NCBI GenBank assembly: GCA_963663965.2
Contig: CAXXFK010000021.1
Coordinates: forward strand, 1 to 64,000
Source of the DNA: Sedimentisphaerales bacterium
GTDB lineage: Bacteria > Planctomycetota > Phycisphaerae > Sedimentisphaerales > SM23-30
Direction of reading: 5' to 3'
DNA: 64,000 nucleotides
Shown here: positions 1 through 9,883 of the stretch, piece after piece
How the letters are laid out: every line of letters starts with the position of its first letter
How positions within the stretch are numbered: position 1 is the stretch's first letter
Translations under genes and position numbers: made by a program
Notes under the pieces: generated by a model
The model's database searches: none
Told to the model about the DNA's origin: nothing
The model's input: only the letters and a program-made list of their open reading frames with translations

Positions 1-3000
1 TCCACTCCAGGCCGTCAGGGTGCGATAGCGTTTTTCCGGCGATTCAATTACCCGCAGATATTTAACCGCTCCAGGCTCCACCCCTTCCATGTGCGTTCCC
101 TCATACACATTAAATATATAGAATTTACCTGTGGCGTTTTCGGTGTCATACTTTCTCAGGGCGGTTTTTACCTGTGGCCGGTCACGGCGCCCTATGGGCA
201 TTGGATCATAACAACCATCCCCTTCAGTATGTAGAAGCGTCTCATTACCGAAAACATCCAGCAGATAGATTCCCATCTGTTCACCGGAGCCGGTCTGTCG
301 GGCACACAGAAAATATTTATCGCTGAGCGGCCAGGGATCTTCATACTTCGGGTTGAGTCCCATGTAGGTGTCCCATTTGTTGGTGCCGGCGGTGCTGACC
401 AATTCCCGGGCGCTAGCCGGCCAGGTATGAATCACCGGATCTTTACCATCAACGCCGAACCGTCGGTCCACAATTGCCAGCGCGCCCCACGGGCGGTCAT
501 GACAGGAAGTAAAGGTACAGATTACCTGCTGGGTACCGGGAATCGCCCGGCCATCAACCACGGCGCCGGGTACACTGGTATTGTTGCCGTAATAAATGGC
601 ATGGTCAGTGCCGTCAGGATTTACTGTCCAGAGTCCCTCGGCGTCCCCGAAATTCCGATCGACATATTCCCAGCGATAATACAATATTCTTCCATCAGGT
701 AGAAGCGAGCTATGGCCCTCGAACAGAGTGCTTTTACCGATCTGATGGATATTGGCGCCATCCGCCTCCATTTTAAAGAGGTTACACATGATATGCTTGT
801 TGCACATGCAGTATTTCGGCTCACGTGTGGATGAAAATATAATGCGATCATCCGGCAGATAGAGCGGGTCCAGATCATCCACGCCGGCGGCGCTGGTCAG
901 AGCCACCAATCCCGATCCATCGGCATTGATTTCGTAAAGATGGTAACTGTCATCCGGATGGGTTCGCATGGAAAAAATAATTTTGTCACCGGAAAAATTC
1001 ACTTCCGGATCACGCGCGACCCCTTGAGGCAGATCCAGCAGGGTCGTGATCCGTCCGCCCTGCCCTAAATCAATGGTTTTTAACGCTCCACCACCCTGAA
1101 AATAGCCATCGTTGTATTCACTGTCATAAGCAGGGAAAAAAGTGGCTGTGTTATGATGATCGGGACGATACTGTTTACGAACAACAAACAGAATGGGATG
1201 GTTGGAAACCAGGGGATTGGCTATCAGCGCCTGAGGTTTAAACTGATCAATATCTGTTTTGAGTTCTGCCAGACGGTCAGAAGCGGTGGGATCACCCTGT
1301 TCCAGATCGGAGACAATTTCAGCAAGCCTTTGCTGAAACTGTTGAATTTGCGCCAGATGGGCCGGCCCTTCGGTATATTCCTGCGGATAAGTGGCGATGA
1401 GATCTTCAACCGCCAGACGGAGCGGTTCCAGTCCGATCTGCTGTTCATATACTCTGGCGCGCTGACGATTGGTGGCGCTGAGATCGATGACACCGCGTGC
1501 GGAAAAATCGTCAAAGGTAATATGGCCCCAGCCGCCGGTATTGTAATCGATCAGTCTTAGCTGGATGGGCTGGCCGACTAAATCCGGACGGTTCCAGTCA
1601 ACCCGCTGCATGATTTCAGTATTGGCGCCATGCGCGGCGGCTACTTCGGTGGCGTTCAAGTCGTTATCCAGAGAACACAACGCGACATAGGTGGATGGGG
1701 AGTTGCCGCCGCCGACCAGAAACGACATCTGCGGTTCGGCAAGCAGGAACACCGGTGAATCAACCCGTCCGGTATATCCATCATTGGGAGTATAACTGGT
1801 CGTTTCGAGTGAACTGAGAAAATAATCGCCCTGTTTATTATAGGGAGCCCCGCCATTATGATAGGTACTGCGGTCGCAGACCAGCAGGCCAAAGCCCCCG
1901 TCCGCCACGATCCAGTTCTGTAAATCGCCGGTTTCAAAGTCCCAGAGAATATCCATGACCACAGCCTGAAGCCACTGGCCGGAGAGCAGGGAGAAATCAA
2001 CCAGATCCGCCCGGCCGCTGTAATTGAAATCGGCCGGATCATCAACGACATTCTGCGAAACGGAGAGATGCAGCCAGCGGGACACAAATGCCGCAAGATC
2101 CTGACCATCTACCACATCATCGCCGGTTAAATCGCAACTCTTTAAATTCGGAGTTGTAAAACGCCATAACTCGCCAGGATACCACTGGCCGTCGGCCATA
2201 CTATCCACCCGCCAGTAATATTGCTGCGACAGGGTCAGCCAGGGCAATGCGTCAGATGAATCTGCCGTGCCGGGCAGCGTGCCAACCAGCGCCAGACTGT
2301 CGGCGGCTGTGCCCAGATACACCCGCTGGCTCTGGGCGCTCGAATCGGCGGTCCAGCTCAGCGCCGCCGGCATAACCGTGCTGCCGTCGGCGGGTTCCGG
2401 ACCAGAAGCGAGCGGAACGCTTCCATCACGGTCAAAGGCAAATCCCGTTATCCAGCCCGGACGCGAACCGATAATGGAAACGGTTACCTCGTCATCGCCC
2501 GCCGGGATGGCATATACCTGATAAACAATATTGGGGCTGGTCAACGCCGTAATTGTCTGGGTAACCGAATCGCCGCCTGCCGTAACCGTTGCGGTCCAGA
2601 CAGGAATCTGACCATCACCGGTGGCATAGATAACAGTCAGACGAAACGCTTGAGTGCCTTTGCGCGACAAAGTGAAACCGTAAGGCGCAGGCCCATTGGC
2701 AATCACCGGAGTTTGGGTCAGACTGTTGCCGGCGGCCGGATGTTCGATCTGTCCGAAATTGCCGTTTCCCGACCACATGCCGGTTCCGCCCGCCAGAGTT
2801 ATATCGGCCAGATAGGACGGCAGAACCGCCGCAGTACCGCTGTTGATCAGCGAGGCATCGTAGGAACCAGTATAGATACCGTCCGCGATATTCAATCCAT
2901 ATATCACATAGCCATCGGTACCATATTCACCATCGGCTTCCAGGCCGGCCCCGGTACGCCAATGGGACTGCGTGGCAGTATCGTTGCCGACAAAGCCTAC

Positions 3001-3090
3001 GGCACCCTGACAGACAGCGGCCAAGGCAGGATAAAATGTCAGCGTCAACAGCAGGATCGGAACAGTATTCATTCGTTTAACGGGATTCAT
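1..3090 (-). CDS. Large secreted multidomain protein, 3' end beyond the window: N-terminal beta domain, dockerin-like pair, CBM-like region, HzsA-related/TolB-like beta-propeller
   Basis: Absent from the ORF track because no stop falls in the window. Manual translation from ATG at 3090 gives MNPVKRMNTVPILLLTLTFYPALAAVCQG (signal peptide), then CDLTGDDVVDGQDLAAFVSRWL...ADFNYSGRADLVDFSLLSGQWL (dockerin-like), then RDPEVNFSGDKIIFSM, DDLDPLYLPDDRIIFSSTR, DGRILYYRWEYVD and YEDPWPLS. The frame is the same at 3090, 1200 and 3. Confidence 0.85.
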   Translation of the reverse strand, partial: MNPVKRMNTVPILLLTLTFYPALAAVCQGAVGFVGNDTATQSHWRTGAGLEADGEYGTDGYVIYGLNIADGIYTGSYDASLINSGTAAVLPSYLADITLAGGTGMWSGNGNFGQIEHPAAGNSLTQTPVIANGPAPYGFTLSRKGTQAFRLTVIYATGDGQIPVWTATVTAGGDSVTQTITALTSPNIVYQVYAIPAGDDEVTVSIIGSRPGWITGFAFDRDGSVPLASGPEPADGSTVMPAALSWTADSSAQSQRVYLGTAADSLALVGTLPGTADSSDALPWLTLSQQYYWRVDSMADGQWYPGELWRFTTPNLKSCDLTGDDVVDGQDLAAFVSRWLHLSVSQNVVDDPADFNYSGRADLVDFSLLSGQWLQAVVMDILWDFETGDLQNWIVADGGFGLLVCDRSTYHNGGAPYNKQGDYFLSSLETTSYTPNDGYTGRVDSPVFLLAEPQMSFLVGGGNSPSTYVALCSLDNDLNATEVAAAHGANTEIMQRVDWNRPDLVGQPIQLRLIDYNTGGWGHITFDDFSARGVIDLSATNRQRARVYEQQIGLEPLRLAVEDLIATYPQEYTEGPAHLAQIQQFQQRLAEIVSDLEQGDPTASDRLAELKTDIDQFKPQALIANPLVSNHPILFVVRKQYRPDHHNTATFFPAYDSEYNDGYFQGGGALKTIDLGQGGRITTLLDLPQGVARDPEVNFSGDKIIFSMRTHPDDSYHLYEINADGSGLVALTSAAGVDDLDPLYLPDDRIIFSSTREPKYCMCNKHIMCNLFKMEADGANIHQIGKSTLFEGHSSLLPDGRILYYRWEYVDRNFGDAEGLWTVNPDGTDHAIYYGNNTSVPGAVVDGRAIPGTQQVICTFTSCHDRPWGALAIVDRRFGVDGKDPVIHTWPASARELVSTAGTNKWDTYMGLNPKYEDPWPLSDKYFLCARQTGSGEQMGIYLLDVFGNETLLHTEGDGCYDPMPIGRRDRPQVKTALRKYDTENATGKFYIFNVYEGTHMEGVEPGAVKYLRVIESPEKRYRTLTAWSG

Positions 3091-3176
3091 AATTCTCTCA
3101 GTTGTATTTAGCTTGTGTGAATATGGATCTGGCCTGTCCAGTCGAAATGAACGAATTGGATGTTTTTGATATGTAA

Positions 3177-4043
3177 TTATTCTAACCAGGGTATAGTTAC
3201 ATCATAAGTTTTTACGAAACGCCTGTGCCAGTCCAGCGACCAGATGTCAGCAAGGTCCACTTTACGGGCAGTACCATCCATAAAACCCCAATTGACTCCG
3301 CGATTGTGACGATCCATACAAATCCGGCCCATGTAATGCTGCCAGTCACCACCGCCGGTGCCGGGTTTATGGTGCTTGTACCAGTCCTCCTCGGTGGGAA
3401 TTTCGCCCATAATGCCGCCGGTTGAAATATCCTGCGGTTCCACCCCAAACCAGGCGCAATCACCGATCATCGGAATATTATTCGCCTGGTTAGGTGTTAT
3501 ACTGCCCCAGTGGCACAGTTTGTTGAATGTCCAGTTGGCAACAAATCCCCAGCCGGGCTGCGCGGCGGAATAAACCGGACTGAGCCAGAGGTTTATTCCG
3601 TAACTGCCGTTATTCAGCCGGACATCGGCATTAAATGAAGAATGAGTCCCGGTATCCCAGGCCTCGAACGTGCTGCCATGTTTGAATCCATTACTCTGAT
3701 CCACCGAATCATATTCCAGCTTGGATGCCGCCGGGCACAGCCGGAACTCATGGATCTCACCGTAATATTTCTTTAAAACAGCCATCCAGAATCCCTGCGC
3801 CTGACCGGTACCGGTGGAGTTGGGGCCGTCATACCACAGTTTGTCGTCATTGTCGTTGGCATACATGACAATCGCAGTAGTCCATTGTTTGACATTGGAC
3901 AGACACACAGAGGCCCGGGCCTGCTTGCGCGCTTTGCCCAGGGCGGGCATCAAAATGGCAACCAACAGGGCAATAATCGAAACGACCACCAGCAGCTCGA
4001 TTAATGTGAAAGCTTTCTTTTTCATATGATTCATATAATTCAT
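3177..4043 (-). CDS. Prepilin-type N-terminal cleavage/methylation protein with C-terminal H-X9-DG motif (DUF1559-like, planctomycete type)
   Basis: KKKAFTLIELLVVVSIIALLVAILMPALGKARKQAR; C-terminal HNRGVNWGFMDG. Start is probably 4043 or 4025 rather than 4091. Confidence 0.9.
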   Translation of the reverse strand: MNYMNHMKKKAFTLIELLVVVSIIALLVAILMPALGKARKQARASVCLSNVKQWTTAIVMYANDNDDKLWYDGPNSTGTGQAQGFWMAVLKKYYGEIHEFRLCPAASKLEYDSVDQSNGFKHGSTFEAWDTGTHSSFNADVRLNNGSYGINLWLSPVYSAAQPGWGFVANWTFNKLCHWGSITPNQANNIPMIGDCAWFGVEPQDISTGGIMGEIPTEEDWYKHHKPGTGGGDWQHYMGRICMDRHNRGVNWGFMDGTARKVDLADIWSLDWHRRFVKTYDVTIPWLE

Positions 4044-4057
4044 TCCTGTGTTCTGAA

Positions 4058-4089
4058 GGAGGGACCGGCCGCGAGCAACCGATCCCTCC
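4058..4089. other. Intergenic GC-rich stem-loop
   Basis: GGAGGGAcCGG-N10-CCGaTCCCTCC between two co-oriented genes; no clear U-tract. Confidence 0.45.
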
Positions 4090-4118
4090 ATGTACTCAAA
4101 GGTTGTGTCACCGGCGTA

Positions 4119-6149
4119 TTAATAGTCACAGGCCGTTATCGGATAACGGTTGCATGTGAGCCACTTGCTTGCCAAAATCGCCAGATCTTCCAGATTAACC
4201 TGACAGTCCGCGTTCAAATCGTATGAGCTCTTTTGCAGACAGACATAACCCCCCGTGACATCGGTGTAGAGCCGGGCCGCTTCTTTGTCACTCAACGAAT
4301 AATTGTAGATACGAACATCATCGATCAGTCCGTTGAACCAGTTGCCTCCGGCCGGTACCTGGCCGATCATCAGATCGCCGGCCAGCACCGGTAGTTCTGC
4401 GTTATTATTCACTGAAGCCACCAGCAGGCCGTTGGCATAGGTTTTCTGGGTTACGTTGTCATAACAGCAGACAAAATGGCTCCACTGTCCGCTCGTCAGG
4501 ACATTAGCCGGGGTGTTGCGTGACTCGGCGGGAAGATAGGTGCTGAAATTCAGCATGCCGTTGGTGGAGTGCTGGCCGATCCAGAAAGTATGCTGCCCTT
4601 CAGGGGCATTACGCCATTTTGAAATCATACCCTTCCAGTCGCCACTAACATCATCGGGGCTGGCCCAGAAAGCGACACTCATAGCGCCAGACTGCATAAC
4701 GGGCACATCGCCGCAATTGATGTAGGCGGAAACGCCATCAAAATCAGCAGCCAGATCCCCTTCCGTGCCGGTAACTCCCGGCACCCATTGAATATCATTT
4801 TCCAAAGTACCGTTGAAAACACCGCTGACCACTTCTTCGGCGTTGCCATCCAGCGGCCAGTGCCAAACCAGCTTGCCGATTTGCAGTCGTGCCTTGGTCG
4901 TCTCGATGGTCGCGCTGTTGCTGACGACACAATAATAATAACCACCATCGGCATCATCCACGGCCAGTATCGTGAGTGTATCGCTGTTGGCGCCGGTATA
5001 TCCGGCAGATTCCTGGGTCAAATCTTTTTCATCACCGCTGACGGCCAGATTGGGATCAAATATCCACTGGTAACTCAACTCACCTCCCAGCGGATCCACG
5101 GCAACTACCGTTAAAATGCCATCCTGGCCTTCGGGAACGGTTACCGATTGCGGTTGGGCGATAATCTGCGGCAGCGTTTTTTCAGTTGAGAATGAACGAG
5201 TGAAACCGGTAATAACTCTTGCGGTACCGCCATGATTCAGTTCTTCGTCTATTCGCCAATAGTAGGTTTTGTCTCGTTCGACATTCACAGCATAAGTTGT
5301 CGTCTCCAACGGCACTTTGCCGCCCTGCATGGTCAGTACGTCAGGCGCCTCGCCCATATAGACAAAGTGGCCGGTCACCCCCGGATTGGGCTGATCGGGA
5401 TAATTGGGGTCCGCTGCCGTTGACCAGCTTAGCGCAACAGGATTGGCCACCGGGATATCGTCAGCCATATCGGCTGGAGATAGGTTGATGGCGCGAGGCT
5501 GAACCGGATCAAAAGCAAAACCAGTCATCCAGCCGGCTTGAGTGCCGGTCACTGACACAACCACCGGGCTGGTGCCGGCGGAAATATCGAAGACCTGATA
5601 CAGAATGTTTGGACTGACAGACGCAGAAATGGAAGCCGTCACTGCGAATCCGCCGTCGTTGACCGTCGCAGTCCAGGTCGGGGTCATCCCATCACCAGTA
5701 GCGTAGATAATCGTCAAGCGGAAAGAGGCGCTGGATGAACGCGTTAGAGTAAATACATAAGGTTTGGGGCCGTTGGCAATAACGGGGGTGCTGGTCAGGG
5801 CATTGCCTGCGCCGGGATCTTCAATCCGTCCAAAATTGCCGTTACCCGACCACATACCCGTTGCGCCGGCAAGGGTAACGTTGGCCAGATAATCCGGAAG
5901 CAGCGAAGCGGTTTTGGCATTGGCCAGCGACGTGTCGTATGTGCCGGCATATACCCCCTCGGCTTCATTCAAACCGTAAACCACATAGCCGTCCGAGCCA
6001 TATTCTCCATCGGGTTCCAGAGCGGCCCCGGTACGCCAGTTAGACTGGGCGGTGACATCATTTCCTACATAAATAACGGCGGCATATTCAGTGCTTACCG
6101 CACCTAAAATAATTGCTGCGATTAATAAGCGTGTAATATGAATATTCAT
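4119..6149 (-). CDS. Secreted LamG-like jellyroll / Ig-domain protein with C-terminal dockerin-like motif
   Basis: Signal peptide; YYWRIDE motif; Ig domain (PQSVTV...YYCVVSN); LamG (HWPLDG...WSHFV...FNGLIDDVRIYN); tail YDLNADCQVNLEDLAILASKWL. Confidence 0.85.
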   Translation of the reverse strand: MNIHITRLLIAAIILGAVSTEYAAVIYVGNDVTAQSNWRTGAALEPDGEYGSDGYVVYGLNEAEGVYAGTYDTSLANAKTASLLPDYLANVTLAGATGMWSGNGNFGRIEDPGAGNALTSTPVIANGPKPYVFTLTRSSSASFRLTIIYATGDGMTPTWTATVNDGGFAVTASISASVSPNILYQVFDISAGTSPVVVSVTGTQAGWMTGFAFDPVQPRAINLSPADMADDIPVANPVALSWSTAADPNYPDQPNPGVTGHFVYMGEAPDVLTMQGGKVPLETTTYAVNVERDKTYYWRIDEELNHGGTARVITGFTRSFSTEKTLPQIIAQPQSVTVPEGQDGILTVVAVDPLGGELSYQWIFDPNLAVSGDEKDLTQESAGYTGANSDTLTILAVDDADGGYYYCVVSNSATIETTKARLQIGKLVWHWPLDGNAEEVVSGVFNGTLENDIQWVPGVTGTEGDLAADFDGVSAYINCGDVPVMQSGAMSVAFWASPDDVSGDWKGMISKWRNAPEGQHTFWIGQHSTNGMLNFSTYLPAESRNTPANVLTSGQWSHFVCCYDNVTQKTYANGLLVASVNNNAELPVLAGDLMIGQVPAGGNWFNGLIDDVRIYNYSLSDKEAARLYTDVTGGYVCLQKSSYDLNADCQVNLEDLAILASKWLTCNRYPITACDY

Positions 6150-6196
6150 GTTAGACTCCTTGAATCAGGGTTATCTTTACAATTTGATTATATGAC

Positions 6197-8191
6197 TTAA
6201 TCACACTCACCGGCAGGATAGCGGTTGCAATCCAGCCACTCAGAAACAAACAGAGCATAGTCAATCAAGTCAATGCGACAGTCCTGATTGAAGTCGCCCT
6301 CAATGGCCTCCAGACAGACGAATTCCCCGGTCCGAACATCGGTATACAATTGAGCGATCTCAATTTTATCCAGAGGATAGTTGAAGAACCGCAGATCGTC
6401 GAATGAGCCGCTAAAATGTTCCGTTCCGCCGCGAACATTCCCTATATAAATGAGGGAATCGAACCCGCCGGCAAACTCAACCGAAACCCGTTCGGTAGCC
6501 CATACGCCATCCAGATACCAGTTAGCGGTATGGGTGACTGAATCATAGGTCATCACATGGTGATGCCATTGCTGCTGCGCGACATAATATCCGGTGGTAT
6601 AGTAGTTATCGTTGTCAAAACCAAACGAATAACGACTGTCTCCACGGCGGACAAATTCAAACACTTCCCAGCCATCGGTTGGGCCCGAAGCCAGCATCGC
6701 CTGCCAGTCGTCTCCACCCGGAAGGGCATAATCCCACCAACTGAGCGACCAGTCCGGATCGGTATAGGCGCCCGCCGCAATGGTCAGCGCGTCACTCGCG
6801 GTGAAATCACAGGCTTGGGCGCCGTTTATGAGACCGTCGCCATAACGAACGGATCCAGAAGCCCCGGCGTTATTGCCGCCGGCAATATCGTCCAGACTGC
6901 CGTCCAGTGGCCAGTGCCCCACCAATTTGCCAATGATCAGGTAGGCTTTTTGCGTTTCAATCAGATTGCCGTTGCTGACTACACAATAGTAAGAACCGGC
7001 ATCGGCATCGTCAATCGCCAGCACCGTCAGTTCCGCGCTGTCCGCGCCACTATAACCCGAAGAGGTCTGAGTTAAATCCACTTCATCGCCCGATACGGCT
7101 TCATTAGGATCATAACGCCATTGATAGGTGAGCGTTCTAGCCAGCGGATCGATCGCCTCTACCGCAAAAGCGGCATCCCGGCCGGCCGCAACTGAAATCC
7201 CCCGGGGTTGAGCTATAATTTGCGGTAAAGTTTTTTCCGTGGCAAATTCCCAGGTGTAACCGGTAATGACCTGATTCGGATCACCCTGGTCATCCAGGGC
7301 CTCATCGACACGCCAGTAATATGTTTTATCTTTGTCAAGCGTTACTTCCAGTTGGTTGGTTTCCAACGCCAATTTGCCACCTTGCAAGACCAGTATGGCC
7401 GGGTCTTCGCCCAGATAAACCCAATGCCCGGTGACCGCCGGATTGGACTGGCCGGGATGATTGGGATCATCGGCTGTTGTCCAGCTTAATATAACCGAAG
7501 CTGACACCGGGATATCCACTGCTCGGTGATCAGGCGCGGGGCCATATGCCCTCAGTTGTTCGTTGCCCGCATCCCAGGTCATCGGGCCCAGATGAGGTAT
7601 CTGGGTACGGTCGCCGACATTGAAACATTCCAGCGTGTAGATTTCACCCGGCTGGGCATCGTAAATGTCAAAGAAATAAATATCCGGATTCCAGTTGGCC
7701 TGGACCGTCATACACTCAGCGAAAACATGATCAGGATCGCTGTTCAGTTTCAACCGCATCCCCATGGGTTTGTCCGCCGCATTTTCCGCTTGACTCAGGC
7801 AGTCATGCATCACACCCACCCGGATTATCGTCGGGGGGGCGGTTCCTATCCGAAAAGTATGTTGATTCAAGGCAATAGCAGCTTCTGTGTCAGTGGCAGG
7901 ATTGGCCAGATTGTCGATCATGGGATATCCACTATTTTTATACTGACTGCCGCTGCCGACATAAACTATGGTATTATCCGAGTATTTGCCGATTACCTTC
8001 CAGTGAACCGCAGCCCAGCTGCCATAGATATTATCTCCGTCTGCATCCAGCGGTTTTATGACTGAAGCGGTCTGCCAGGAAGCTGCGCCACCATCGATAT
8101 CCGAACCCACGAACATGATTCCCGCCGCCTGAAGCATTGACACACCTGTAAACAAAATTACCGCCAGACATTTCAGGTTTAGTTGTCTCAT
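6197..8191 (-). CDS. Secreted LamG/Ig-domain protein, paralog of 4119-6149 with a different N-terminal domain
   Basis: Start MRQLNLK after a GGAG RBS; shares the YYWRVDE, TEKTLPQIIAQP, YYCVVSN and HWPLDG motifs; tail GDFNQDCRIDLIDYALFVSEWL. Confidence 0.85.
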   Translation of the reverse strand: MRQLNLKCLAVILFTGVSMLQAAGIMFVGSDIDGGAASWQTASVIKPLDADGDNIYGSWAAVHWKVIGKYSDNTIVYVGSGSQYKNSGYPMIDNLANPATDTEAAIALNQHTFRIGTAPPTIIRVGVMHDCLSQAENAADKPMGMRLKLNSDPDHVFAECMTVQANWNPDIYFFDIYDAQPGEIYTLECFNVGDRTQIPHLGPMTWDAGNEQLRAYGPAPDHRAVDIPVSASVILSWTTADDPNHPGQSNPAVTGHWVYLGEDPAILVLQGGKLALETNQLEVTLDKDKTYYWRVDEALDDQGDPNQVITGYTWEFATEKTLPQIIAQPRGISVAAGRDAAFAVEAIDPLARTLTYQWRYDPNEAVSGDEVDLTQTSSGYSGADSAELTVLAIDDADAGSYYCVVSNGNLIETQKAYLIIGKLVGHWPLDGSLDDIAGGNNAGASGSVRYGDGLINGAQACDFTASDALTIAAGAYTDPDWSLSWWDYALPGGDDWQAMLASGPTDGWEVFEFVRRGDSRYSFGFDNDNYYTTGYYVAQQQWHHHVMTYDSVTHTANWYLDGVWATERVSVEFAGGFDSLIYIGNVRGGTEHFSGSFDDLRFFNYPLDKIEIAQLYTDVRTGEFVCLEAIEGDFNQDCRIDLIDYALFVSEWLDCNRYPAGECD

Positions 8192-8517
8192 TAGTAATTC
8201 TCCAATAAAATATCTTGATTTGAATGAATCCAACATTTTTATTTTGTTCTGACCTTGTCCCCTGACTCTGTTCCATCGGTTTGCCAGGTTCCTTTATTTT
8301 TCTTACTATTGAGCCAACCCGTTCGATCCATCTAAATGGTTATAGTCCCCCATCGGGCCGGTTCAATATAATCGATTACCCTGTTAGCCTATGTACTGTT
8401 CATTTTCCTGCCTCCAAAATAGTTGAATTATTATGAAAACAGTCATCACCTGCCAAAGGTATTGCCGCTCAAGCCTCTGGTTGATTCAAACTACATTTAA
8501 TTATTAGCTGACAAAGA

Positions 8518-9574
8518 TTAAAGGGTCTCTGTTTTACGACTCTCAATCAGCTTAGGTGGAATCAGCAACCGGGCGCCCTGAGGTGCGTCAGGATTTTCAA
8601 TCCGGTTGAGCAGAATCTGAACTGCACGACGCGCCATCTCTTCAACATCCGGATCCAGGGTCGCCGGGCGCGGATCCATCTGACACAGAAATATTTCCAG
8701 ATTGCGACGGGATATGATTTCAATATCCCGGCCCGGTGCCGATCCCCTGCTCTCTTAACGCCTGATAAGCCAATAGTGTAACTTCGTCGGCCGGAATGGC
8801 CCAATCCCGTGGGGCGCTGGTCAATCGGCATGGCGGCAATTTGTGCCACTGCCCGGGCCACGGACTCCCGGCATTTAATCGCATCCCATATCCCTAAATC
8901 ATCCGATTCAAAGCCGGTACACAATTCTATTGTCTGTGTGTTCATCCGCTGCGCTGTCGCCCGAAACGCCCAGCCGATTTCCTGAAAGCCACCGTGATTG
9001 ACAATCGGATTCATATAGGCAAGCCGGGTGTGGCCGCGCCGGATCAGATACTCCGCGGCCATACAACCGCATGCCGGATAATCCGAACCAATGCCATCCG
9101 CCCCAATAATCATTACCCAGATAATGCGGGCCGCCCAGCATGAGCACCGCATTCATTTTCTGCAAAAATGGCTGTATCACAGGATCCGCCTGTCCCATTA
9201 CCAGCACACCATCCAAACGCTCCGATGAAACCATAGCCGGCAAATGACTCGGATCTGGAACCTGATTTAAGACCAGTTGCAAAATTGTGCTTCTGTAACT
9301 CGCTTTCAACCCCCATCATAATCTGAGCCATCAAAGGTTGTTGTAAATAGGTTTTCGACCACTTCATTAACAAAAGGCTGACATAACCGGTTCTGGCCTT
9401 TTTATGGCTGGCCCGACGCTTAGGTTGATATCCCAGTTTGTCCATCGCCTTTTGCACCTTATGGAGCACCTCCTCGGAAACATAAGGGTGGCCATCCATT
9501 ACCCGTGCCACCGTGGTATCCGATACACCCGCTAATTTCGCTACAGAACGTATAGTCATAATACCTTTGCTCAA
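8518..9574 (-). pseudogene. LacI-family transcriptional regulator broken by four +1 frameshifts (pseudogene or assembly indels)
   Basis: HTH MTIRSVAKLAGVSDTTVARVM...LGYQP. The sugar-binding domain continues across frames (RLDGVLV; AAEYLIRRGHTRLAY; PTGLAIPADEV; RPATLD...LLIPPKLIE*). Extra bases lie at ~9281-9284, ~9101-9104, ~8800-8802 and ~8739-8740. Confidence 0.85.
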
Positions 9575-9635
9575 TAATTTGCTTTGAATAACTTAGTATC
9601 GCAATTGAAATATACAACACATATTTCCATGCGTC

Positions 9636-9652
9636 AACATGATATTCATGTT
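9636..9652. promoter_or_regulatory. Palindromic candidate operator AACATGA-TAT-TCATGTT
   Basis: Perfect 7-bp inverted repeat in the divergent LacI/operon intergenic region; TGATATTCATGTT recurs at 9841-9853. Confidence 0.55.
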
Positions 9653-9833
9653 TTTTTGTGATTCAATCAACATGTATTGGCAAAATTTTATAATTACTTA
9701 TATATTAATGATATATGAGAATGTATATCGAATAAACCTTTGCGGTAAAACGTCAAATAAATGAAATCAAAGCACAATAACCTAGAAATTCCTGGTGAAA
9801 TTCTGGACTTTTATGTCGTTATGTGGTAAATAA

Positions 9834-9853
9834 AACATGGTGATATTCATGTT
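9834..9853. promoter_or_regulatory. Second candidate operator copy
   Basis: AACATGGTGATATTCATGTT, about 30 nt upstream of the 9884 start. Confidence 0.5.
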
Positions 9854-9883
9854 GTTATATAATATCAACACAAGGAAACATAA

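Noticed and set aside
1..1250. Hydrazine synthase / anammox function
   Set aside because: Only a generic HzsA-related propeller region, common in non-anammox planctomycetes; no hzsBC or other anammox genes, and the context is carbohydrate-related.
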